This document shows positions 36,182 to 43,574 of a stretch of DNA of 47,685 bases, piece by piece (positions within the stretch are counted from its first letter, which is position 1; each line of letters begins with the position of its first letter). The translations under genes and the position numbers were made by a program. The stretch lies in the IMG/VR virus record IMGVR_UViG_2541047696_000007. One strand, written 5' to 3'. Origin of the DNA: a virus (Duplodnaviria > Heunggongvirae > Uroviricota > Caudoviricetes). Under the pieces are notes generated by a model. The model saw only the letters and a program-made list of their open reading frames with translations. It did not search any database and was not told the DNA's origin.

Positions 36182-36251
36182 TTAAGTGCGGGTGCGTTGA
36201 GGATGCCTGCCACATCAGAGGTGGCGAGGGATTTCTCCCTCGCCGGGTCTC

Positions 36252-36407
36252 TTACTCCTCAGGTTCGTAAGCTGTGAAGACAGCGACCTCCGTCTGGCCG
36301 GTTCGGATTCGTACCTCGCAGAGGTCTTTCCTCGTTACCAGTGCCGTCACTATGACGGTTAAACAGATGACGATCAGGGCGATTAACATCGCCTTTTGCT
36401 GCTTCAT
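36252..36407 (-). CDS. hokD: Hok-family type I toxin
   Basis: 51-aa product MKQQKAMLIALIVICLTVIVTALVTRKDLCEVRIRTGQTEVAVFTAYEPEE, canonical Hok with a single TM helix. Confidence 0.85.
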   Translation of the reverse strand: MKQQKAMLIALIVICLTVIVTALVTRKDLCEVRIRTGQTEVAVFTAYEPEE

Positions 36408-36464
36408 AGCCTGCTTCTCCTTGCCTTTCGGCTCGTAAGAGGCTAACCTACATGTGTCTAGCAT
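36252..36464 (-). CDS. mok: Mok-like overlapping reading frame (translational coupling to hok)
   Basis: 70-aa ORF in the same frame extending upstream of hok, as in hok/mok/sok loci. Confidence 0.5.
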   Translation of the reverse strand: MLDTCRLASYEPKGKEKQAMKQQKAMLIALIVICLTVIVTALVTRKDLCEVRIRTGQTEVAVFTAYEPEE

Positions 36465-36495
36465 GAAATTGGCCTCAGATTAATGTTAAGCGTCT
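36425..36495 (+). ncRNA. sok: putative Sok antisense RNA (position inferred)
   Basis: Inferred only from the conserved architecture of hok/sok loci (antisense to the mok start region); boundaries not determined from sequence. Confidence 0.3.
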
Positions 36496-37081
36496 TGCAG
36501 GACGCGTAATGTTAACTGGGGCTTTTCTCTATCTGCCTTTGGTGTTCATGCCCGAGGCAGATAGCCTCAAGCACCCGCAGCCATTCTACTTAACTACCGT
36601 TACCTCGCCAATATGAAATCAGTCAGAAAGGCGATCCATAAGAACAATAGCAAGACAATAAATCGCCATTACAGCCGTAATAGCCAGCGCACATTTGAGA
36701 ACCAGCACCACAACCTCCTGTATTGGACGTAGACCAGTCCTGATGAATATGAGGCTGTCTCGTCAGTGATTCAATACAACTATTGGGTATAGTTTCTCTG
36801 ATTTTTTCTGTGGAAATGGGGCACAACCACTAGTCACCACCAGCACTTCTTTTAATACGCAAAGTCCGACACAAGCTAACCTTCTAGTCCGCTTTGAGCG
36901 AAAAACAGCCATAATTTAGTGCCACGTATATAATGATAGAGCTATTCAAGCTAGCAATTCACATGTAAAAATTCAGAGGGTAGAAGCACATAGTTATAAA
37001 TGTTGGCTCCATCGACAAATTGCGGTCTCAAGTACATTTATTAATGTTGCCCCCGCATTAACAAATCATCAAGGTGACGAC

Positions 37082-38869
37082 ATGGACGATATTAATATCA
37101 GCCTCGACGAACTTAACACTATTGATTTATCCCCCTTAATCCAGAGTAAGCTGCCAGTTACCTGCTTTGATATCACAAAGTATCTTTCTAGCCTAGGTGA
37201 TGGAAGAGCGGAGATAAGACTGCTAACCCATATTTGCGGTTTTCACTTTCGTCCCGAAAATCCACAGGTACCATTTGGTCCGTGCTTTCAAAGCAGCCAA
37301 GGTAGATCTGCAATTCCGGATGACATTAACGGGTTGTCGCTGGAGGTACTTTCTCAATTTTGCCCGACGATAGAGCTACCCGAACTTCAAGCTCGTATTG
37401 CTGATACACTTTGGGTTCGTAAAATTGGTGGAATCCGTTTTCCTTTGCTGGCAGTCCGTGCTTATTATGCGTCCAGTATAGCTATTATGACATCGCAAGG
37501 GACGTGGGTTAGTGCTTTAGAACGCCTAGAGCGTGCGCTTAGGCTGTGTTGTTTTTTTCGAAAGAATACTGATTTCAGGGATGAATTTGATCAGCTTTCG
37601 GCACATCTACTAGCAGAGTATGAACGTACCAGAGAACAAGGCGATTCACCTTATCCGCTGCGACTCCTGCAACTCGATATCGACTGTAAAGTGAGTGAGC
37701 CATCTTTTATTGCCCAGGAACTCCTGTTTCTGACAAAAAACTATCTGGCTCAAAAATTATTTTCATTTGCCGTCGATGCCTGTAAAACCGCAATCACGAT
37801 TGCGAATAGGTGCTGTGACAGAGATACACAGTTTGAATTCTGGCGGCTTCTTGCCGATACACATCTGGAAGAGTCAAAATTCCAAGATGGCGGTATGATT
37901 TCGGCAGCCTGCATGCAGAATGCTATTGAAGCACTGGCTAATATTCCAGGAACCCGAATAGAACGTCTTGCGCTGTATGAAGAAATGCGTGATTACCAAA
38001 TCGAATCCCGTCACCAGATGTCTATCCTTCAGTCTCCCCCTCAAGATATTAGTGAGATTGTCCATCAAGCCAAGAGTCGGGTAGTCGGAAGAGATATGTT
38101 TGATATGGTTTTCAGACTTGCGATGCTGGTCTGTCGGCCAACCAGCATTGAGAGACTTAAGGCTCAAGCAATAGAACAAAAGGCCAACAGCATAGCTTGG
38201 ATGTTTGGATCAACACATATTGATCATGAGGGAATGACACTTGCTCGCATACCCGCAGGATTGGGGATTGATGATGCAAATGGGGCAGTTATTTGGCCCA
38301 TAATGATGACGAGAATGCGTATCGACCATGAGTTGGCAGTAGCTGGGCAAATTATTCCTGCTACAGATGAGATCACAATGAAATATCCAATCTCGGAGGC
38401 GTTTTTTCGCGATATGTTCATCAATCATCCCTTCATCCCGTTTGGGCATGAAGAGTTTTTCATCAAGGGTATGGTTTGCGGTTTCAATGGAGATTTTATG
38501 ACGGCATGCCACGTGTTGATTCCCCAGATCGAAAATAGTCTGAGATATGTGGCTAAAATTAAAGGTGAGGAACCATCGCAGCTTCACGGGGACGGTTCGC
38601 AAGAGCGAAATGGACTCAAGGGATTACTAGATAATCCACTGATTATTGAAGCTTTCGGCGTAGACATAATTGGCAATCTTCAGGCCTTACTGGTAGATAA
38701 AATCTATGGTGATTTACGAAATCAACTAGCTCACGGATATGTGCCTGCCGGTTACTACAATCAACCTCCCTGCATTTTTGCATGGTGGCTTGTATTGCAC
38801 ATTCTAATGAACCCTACGGCGAGATACTGGCAAGCCACTTATGGCCAAGAGAGTGAGGCTCAGACTTAA
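37082..38869 (+). CDS. 595-aa protein with C-terminal HEPN-type R-x4-H-x-Y motif; candidate abortive-infection/RNase defence effector
   Basis: Long ORF on the strand opposite to flanking phage genes; AAGGTGA Shine-Dalgarno 4 nt upstream of ATG; motif DLRNQLAHGY encoded at 38711-38740; sits where K-12 Qin carries relBE. Confidence 0.7.
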   Translation: MDDINISLDELNTIDLSPLIQSKLPVTCFDITKYLSSLGDGRAEIRLLTHICGFHFRPENPQVPFGPCFQSSQGRSAIPDDINGLSLEVLSQFCPTIELPELQARIADTLWVRKIGGIRFPLLAVRAYYASSIAIMTSQGTWVSALERLERALRLCCFFRKNTDFRDEFDQLSAHLLAEYERTREQGDSPYPLRLLQLDIDCKVSEPSFIAQELLFLTKNYLAQKLFSFAVDACKTAITIANRCCDRDTQFEFWRLLADTHLEESKFQDGGMISAACMQNAIEALANIPGTRIERLALYEEMRDYQIESRHQMSILQSPPQDISEIVHQAKSRVVGRDMFDMVFRLAMLVCRPTSIERLKAQAIEQKANSIAWMFGSTHIDHEGMTLARIPAGLGIDDANGAVIWPIMMTRMRIDHELAVAGQIIPATDEITMKYPISEAFFRDMFINHPFIPFGHEEFFIKGMVCGFNGDFMTACHVLIPQIENSLRYVAKIKGEEPSQLHGDGSQERNGLKGLLDNPLIIEAFGVDIIGNLQALLVDKIYGDLRNQLAHGYVPAGYYNQPPCIFAWWLVLHILMNPTARYWQATYGQESEAQT

Positions 38870-39087
38870 AGTGAATAAGTTTACGAAGTTGGCACTTCCG
38901 GATGCATGTCCATATGAGTTGAGGCGATTTGGTTAATAAGGTTGAGTGCTGCTGAAATTATTCGATGTCCGCTTTTGGCACAAAGCGGACAACCACGCCA
39001 GATCTACCCTGTGCCATGAAAAATGAGAATGTCAATTCACTCCTGAACTAATGCTTTTTAATCTAGTAACGTCTAAAATACCTAACA

Positions 39088-39489
39088 TTATCCCTGATAA
39101 AATGCCAGTATGCGCTGCATAACTTCACTCATCCGGCACTCGCGACAGATTATGTTTAGGCGACTGTCGTAGCGACGTATTTCTCCATCAGGTAACGACC
39201 AGATAAGGTCCGGATCAACCACAGCTGTTTTCTTCACCTTTGCCCTCGAGAGTTTTTTGCGGGCGTTTTGCCAGTCCTTACGCGCCTGTTCAGACGGGAA
39301 TAACCCGTAGCCGGAGTTGTATACATCGCCACTGGCTACCAGCTCTCTGGCAAGAACGCTCATCAGATATCTAGTCGCACCTGTTTTAGCTTCCAGTTGC
39401 CGTAACGTCTCACGACCGCTCTGGCGCACGAGTTCCACCACCTGCCCTTTAATTTTTTCCCGCTCTTCTTGTGTAAAAACTTTTGCCAC
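39088..39489 (-). CDS. hypothetical protein downstream of replication gene
   Basis: 133-aa ORF following the O-like gene; no family recognised. Confidence 0.4.
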   Translation of the reverse strand: MAKVFTQEEREKIKGQVVELVRQSGRETLRQLEAKTGATRYLMSVLARELVASGDVYNSGYGLFPSEQARKDWQNARKKLSRAKVKKTAVVDPDLIWSLPDGEIRRYDSRLNIICRECRMSEVMQRILAFYQG

Positions 39490-39529
39490 AAGTCCCCCTT
39501 AAAATTACCTCATGACCTGAAATCAAAAC

Positions 39530-40549
39530 TTATCCTCTGAAACCAGGCGGAATTTCTGTATCCGGTTCAGAAATATGATTAACACAACGCTGTACAGGTG
39601 AACGCCCCAGGCGGATGACCAGTTCGTCCCATTTTTCGCGGAGCTTTGACGGGCTCATGATGTTTTTTACCCAGAATGGATCCCGCTGTACCCGACCAAA
39701 CATTTCACAAATTTGTCTGTGGCTTCTGCCATCCAGCATCCGCATTGTGCGCACATCATTGGCCCAGACAGTCCAGTTAGGCTCTTTTGGTCGCATGATC
39801 TCGCCATCATCACTGGCGGCCTGTTCGTAGAGACCCACGATCCGCCCCCATATCCACTGCGCACACGCCAGATCCTCCTGGCTACCCCACTGGCGTTTTT
39901 TCGCACTAAACACAACTGCGCCAGGGTGCCGGATTAAAAAATCCTGTTCAGCCGTCTGCGGGTCCGGTTGCGAAGCTTCCGGACGAAAAGTGTTTTTATT
40001 CTCTGTAGTAATCTCTGTTGTATTCTCTGTAGGATCATCGGGCCATTTTGACCCGATGACATTGGGTCGTTTTGAACCAATGGAGCGTTTCATTTTGACC
40101 TCTTCCATCGTGTCATTTTGACCTGATGGAGCGGCGCATTTTGAACCGATGGATTCGCTCAATTTGCCATCATCTAAAAGCTCGCTTCCATAGTTAATCG
40201 TGTAGAAATTGGTCATATCGCGCTTTGATTTATTGAGCTTTTCACAACGCAAAAGCCCCAGCGTTTTCAGACTTGCAAACGCGCGCTTTAACGTTGACTC
40301 TGACCAGAATGGGAACTGTTCCAGCCATTGTTCCGTTGTGTTGTAAATCCAGCGAACACCATCACATTCCATGCCGGAATTGGTATCTCTCAACCAGTAA
40401 TGCAACTGCTGCAACACAATGGCTTCATTTAAGCCAATCTTCATCGCAAGCTGTGTGTTTATAACCAGTGGGCGTTCAGCAAAAAGAAGGCTCATAATTC
40501 CATCCAGCTTTTTGTTGGTATTGCTGTCGATACGCAAGTTTGAAAGCAA
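39530..40549 (-). CDS. replication initiation protein (lambda O-like, iteron-binding)
   Basis: 339-aa ORF containing five ~18-bp iterons in its coding sequence (peptide repeats SIGSK/VIGSK); N-terminal HTH-like region; probable ATG start at about 40495. Confidence 0.65.
   Translation of the reverse strand: MLSNLRIDSNTNKKLDGIMSLLFAERPLVINTQLAMKIGLNEAIVLQQLHYWLRDTNSGMECDGVRWIYNTTEQWLEQFPFWSESTLKRAFASLKTLGLLRCEKLNKSKRDMTNFYTINYGSELLDDGKLSESIGSKCAAPSGQNDTMEEVKMKRSIGSKRPNVIGSKWPDDPTENTTEITTENKNTFRPEASQPDPQTAEQDFLIRHPGAVVFSAKKRQWGSQEDLACAQWIWGRIVGLYEQAASDDGEIMRPKEPNWTVWANDVRTMRMLDGRSHRQICEMFGRVQRDPFWVKNIMSPSKLREKWDELVIRLGRSPVQRCVNHISEPDTEIPPGFRG
40043..40154. promoter_or_regulatory. origin of replication iterons (5 direct repeats, core CATTTTGAC/ACC-GATGGA)
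   Basis: Repeats at about 40043, 40068, 40091, 40115 and 40137 with ~23-25 bp periodicity inside the O-like gene, the classic lambdoid ori arrangement. Confidence 0.6.
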
Positions 40550-40997
40550 TTGCTTTTTCTATAAGTTCGTCAGTTTCACGATCCACTACGGCAGGATCAG
40601 CAAAAAGCAGTCCGGACTCCACCACATCGCCATATTCTTTGTTTAACCCGGCGATCATGTACGTGATGCTTTTTCCGTCACTAATTTCACGATACAACCT
40701 GAAATCATTAATCCGGATAGCCTCCATAATTGCAGGCACTAGCGCCGTGAACTTTTCACGCTTATCCCTGGTGTCGATAGCCTTCCAGCGTTCGAATATC
40801 TTCACTCGATTAACGCCAAGCGCTCGCTGATCAACCGCGCCACCTTCATCTGTGACACGCTGAACATCGATGTTCGGGCGCTCTTTCAAAGCCCAGAATG
40901 CTTCAGTGATTAATATCGTCGCCTGCTCCTGTGTCATTCCTGGTCGACATATCCAGGCATCCAGAGCCTCACGAGCCTGTTCAGGAGTGATTTTCAT
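40476..40997 (-). CDS. YdaT-like protein (CII-analogue regulator candidate)
   Basis: 173-aa ORF directly downstream of the Cro-like dicC; segments such as REKFTALVPAIMEAI resemble recalled Rac YdaT (REKIQKLIPAILAIL). Confidence 0.45.
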   Translation of the reverse strand: MKITPEQAREALDAWICRPGMTQEQATILITEAFWALKERPNIDVQRVTDEGGAVDQRALGVNRVKIFERWKAIDTRDKREKFTALVPAIMEAIRINDFRLYREISDGKSITYMIAGLNKEYGDVVESGLLFADPAVVDRETDELIEKAIAFKLAYRQQYQQKAGWNYEPSFC

Positions 40998-41208
40998 TGT
41001 TCAACCGCCCCGCCCGCTTCGTCTTACGATATTCGTCATAAACCTTGGGATCATACAGAAGCTCGCCGCCAGATGCCTCCTGTAGACGCATCGCGCGACC
41101 TTCAGGAACCAGCTCTTGCCATTGAGAAACAGCAGATGGGTCAACGCCAGCAGCTTTCGCTACTTTGGCTTTCGTACCGTAAAAATTAATTACGTCTGAT
41201 TTAAACAT
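40981..41208 (-). CDS. dicC: Cro-like repressor DicC
   Basis: Product MFKSDVINFYGTKAKVAKAAGVDPSAVSQWQELVPEGRAMRLQEASGGELLYDPKVYDEYRKTKRAGRLNNENHS, closely matching recalled DicC; divergent from dicA. Confidence 0.65.
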   Translation of the reverse strand: MFKSDVINFYGTKAKVAKAAGVDPSAVSQWQELVPEGRAMRLQEASGGELLYDPKVYDEYRKTKRAGRLNNENHS

Positions 41209-41285
41209 CGCACCTCCAGTATTGAGTTTTCTCAATGCTAATCACTCAAGGAATCTCAAGTCAAGGGTTATTAAGATATCTAAAT
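41209..41285. promoter_or_regulatory. dicC/dicA divergent promoter-operator region
   Basis: Intergenic region between divergent repressor genes containing the palindrome TTGAGTTTTCTCAA (41222-41235); related copies near 41757-41772 and 41793-41809. Confidence 0.5.
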
Positions 41286-41693
41286 ATGAACGAGAAAACT
41301 TTAGGTCAACGCATTAGAGAAAGACGTAAGCAGGTAGGTTTAAGTCAAAACGGTTTAAGCAAAGCTGCTGGCGTATCTGGCTCATCAATTTCATTATGGG
41401 AAAGTGACCATACAGCCCCGCGCGGGCAAAATTTGCATCGCCTCGCCGAGGTATTGCAATGTTCACCAACCTGGATACTGTTTGGCGACGAGGACAAAAC
41501 ACCAGCTCCCCCTGTTTCACTCGATAGTGCCTTAGACTTATCGGAAGATGAGTTAGAGATGCTGCGTTTGTATCGCGCACTTCCTAAATCAGAGCAACAA
41601 GCACAACTCAGCGAACTCCGCGCCCGCGTTGAGAATTTTAATCGCCTGTTCACCGAGCTATTAGAGGCTCGCAAACGCAACAAGCATCAATAA
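41286..41693 (+). CDS. dicA: HTH XRE-family repressor DicA-like
   Basis: Product MNEKTLGQRIRERRKQVGLSQNGLSKAAGVSGSSISLWE... with Cro/C1-type HTH; C-terminal half resembles recalled DicA (VLQCSPTWILFGDEDK...). Confidence 0.7.
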   Translation: MNEKTLGQRIRERRKQVGLSQNGLSKAAGVSGSSISLWESDHTAPRGQNLHRLAEVLQCSPTWILFGDEDKTPAPPVSLDSALDLSEDELEMLRLYRALPKSEQQAQLSELRARVENFNRLFTELLEARKRNKHQ

Positions 41694-41885
41694 TCATCCC
41701 TTCACAAAATTTTAAAGCCTTACATTTCAATGTATTGGCTTTATCTTGCGCCAATACTTGAGTTTTCTCATCAAAAAGCCTTGACGAAAAATAATGAGAA
41801 AACTAAATTACCTCCATCAACACACCGCACGGTGTTCTCAGCAAACAGTTCCGCTACCCCGGCGTTAAGGGGAAATGAGGTCAGC

Positions 41886-42041
41886 ATGGATACTATCGAT
41901 CTTGGCAACAACGAATCTCTGGTGTACGGCGTGTTTCCAAACCAGGACGGCACGTTCACCGCAATGACGTATACCAAAAGCAAAACGTTTAAAACCGAAA
42001 ATGGTGCCCGTCGCTGGCTGGAAAGAAACTCAGGTGAGTGA
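41886..42041 (+). CDS. ydfA: YdfA-like small protein
   Basis: 51-aa product MDTIDLGNNESLVYGVFPNQDGTFTAMTYTKSKTFKTENGARRWLERNSGE; first gene of the dicB operon. Confidence 0.5.
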   Translation: MDTIDLGNNESLVYGVFPNQDGTFTAMTYTKSKTFKTENGARRWLERNSGE

Positions 42042-42042
42042 T

Positions 42043-42618
42043 ATGGATTTCGACACAATCATGGAAAAGGCTTACGAAGAATACTTCGAAGGCCTTGCCG
42101 AAGGCGAAGAAGCTCTCAGCTTCAGTGAGTTTAAACAGGCACTCAGAATAAGAATGCGCTCTCACAATGACGCGGAGCACAAATATGAGAAGCAAAATCA
42201 GACCGCAGAAAATTTTGTTCTGGAACCCGGAGAAACGCTTTTCAAAATTCCCGTTACGTGCCCCATTTGCGGTTTTACATCAGAAGAACTTGACGACTCC
42301 TGTAACAATCAGGAAACAACCAAGTATGTCGAAGATGATACCGAGTGCGCACGAAGAACGATTATATCCACGAGTCCAAACTCCAGGACCAATAAATCTC
42401 ACTTTGAGAGGGTGATTAATCCACTCCCCCAAACCAATAAAAAAGATGCCGGAGGACAAAAAAACCAATGGAACAACGGGATATCTGTCAAAAAAAGACG
42501 TTCCATTAAAGACAAACAACGCAGCGCCAACAACTGTAAGCGCTTTATACCAGTAATCAATTTTCATGTTCTTAAGCGGATTTATTGGTGGTTGCGACAT
42601 TGCTTAATGAATCCTTAA
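42043..42618 (+). CDS. YdfB/YdfC-region ORF (extent and coding strand uncertain)
   Basis: ORF starting MDFDTIMEKAYEEYFEGLAEGEE; the 3' half is K/N-rich low complexity and overlaps a membrane-protein-like ORF on the opposite strand (42280-42600). Confidence 0.3.
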   Translation: MDFDTIMEKAYEEYFEGLAEGEEALSFSEFKQALRIRMRSHNDAEHKYEKQNQTAENFVLEPGETLFKIPVTCPICGFTSEELDDSCNNQETTKYVEDDTECARRTIISTSPNSRTNKSHFERVINPLPQTNKKDAGGQKNQWNNGISVKKRRSIKDKQRSANNCKRFIPVINFHVLKRIYWWLRHCLMNP

Positions 42619-42877
42619 AACTGTGGTGATTTTAAGGATACCACCTCGCCTGACGTGGTTAAAAGCAGGCACACAACACGAAAGCGCACGGCGAAGTTCG
42701 TCTCACTGTACGGTGTCGTCAAATTTAATTCGACCGTGCGCTTCCGGTTGTGGCAACCCGCGAAATGGCGCGGCGGTAAGTATGGCGGGGTTATTCCTTC
42801 CCCGTTGAGGACACCGAGTTGTCAGGTTGACCATACGCTTAAGCGACAACCCCGCTGCAACGCCCTCTGTTATCAAT

Positions 42878-42935
42878 TTTCTGGTGACGTTTGGCGGTAT
42901 CAGTTTTACTCCGTGACTGCTCTGCCGCCGTTTTT
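42878..42935 (+). ncRNA. dicF: DicF small regulatory RNA with intrinsic terminator
   Basis: Sequence TTTCTGGTGACGTTTGGCGGTATCAGTTTTACTCCGTGACTGCTCTGCCGCC followed by GTTTTT matches recalled DicF (~53 nt); located between the ydfB/C region and dicB. Confidence 0.8.
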
Positions 42936-43104
42936 AAAGTGAATTTTGTGATGCGGTGAATGCGGCTAAGCGCACGCGGAACAGTTAAAACCAAAAACAG
43001 TGTTATGGGTGGATTCTCTGTATCCGGCGTTAATTGTTAACTGGTTAACGTCACCTGGAGGCACCAGGCACTGCATCACAAAATTCATTGTTGAGGACGC
43101 GATA

Positions 43105-43293
43105 ATGAAAACGTTATTACCAAACGTTAATACGTCTGAAGGTTGTTTTGAAATTGGTGTCACTATCAGTAACCCTGTATTTACTGAAGATGCCATTAAC
43201 AAGAGAAAACAAGAACGGGAGCTATTAAATAAAATATGCATTGTTTCAATGCTGGCTCGTTTACGTCTGATGCCAAAAGGATGTGCACAATGA
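43105..43293 (+). CDS. dicB: cell division inhibitor DicB
   Basis: 62-aa product MKTLLPNVNTSEGCFEIGVTISNPVFTEDAINKRKQERELLNKICIVSMLARLRLMPKGCAQ matches recalled DicB. Confidence 0.85.
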   Translation: MKTLLPNVNTSEGCFEIGVTISNPVFTEDAINKRKQERELLNKICIVSMLARLRLMPKGCAQ

Positions 43294-43481
43294 ATTCAGC
43301 ATTTGCGCTTGTTCTGACAGTTTTTCTTGTTTCCGGAGAGCCAGTTGATATTGCAGTCAGTGTTCACAGGACAATGCAGGAGTGTATGACTGCAGCAACC
43401 GAACAGAAAATTCCCGGTAACTGTTACCCGGTCGATAAAGTTATTCACCAGTATAATATCGAAATCCCGGCAGGTCTTTAA
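43290..43481 (+). CDS. ydfD: YdfD-like small membrane (lysis) protein
   Basis: 63-aa product MNSAFALVLTVFLVSGEPVDIAVSVHRTMQECMTAATEQKIPGNCYPVDKVIHQYNIEIPAGL with N-terminal TM helix; ATG overlaps the dicB stop. Confidence 0.6.
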   Translation: MNSAFALVLTVFLVSGEPVDIAVSVHRTMQECMTAATEQKIPGNCYPVDKVIHQYNIEIPAGL

Positions 43482-43574
43482 AACAGTTCCGTAATAAATA
43501 TCCGGTTTCATTCTTATATGCCAGCAATGGCAGGGATTTGTTCATCCTTAAATCTGTCATGAGGTTAAAACAAA

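Noticed and set aside
36623-36826. 67-aa Cys/Gly-rich minus-strand ORF between hok and the HEPN-motif gene.
   Set aside because: Odd composition, no ribosome-binding site seen, lies in the probable promoter/leader region of neighbouring genes; more likely non-coding.
38210-38602. 130-aa minus-strand ORF inside the 595-aa HEPN-motif gene.
   Set aside because: Antisense to the longer, better-supported frame.
38967-38990. Perfect 9-bp stem hairpin (GTCCGCTTT...AAAGCGGAC) after the HEPN-motif gene as a terminator.
   Set aside because: Not followed by a T-run on either strand, so not called as a rho-independent terminator; may still be a structured RNA element.
36600-39100. relB/relE toxin-antitoxin pair expected next to hok by analogy with K-12 Qin.
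   Set aside because: No RelE- or RelB-like small ORFs are present; the slot is occupied by the 595-aa gene instead.
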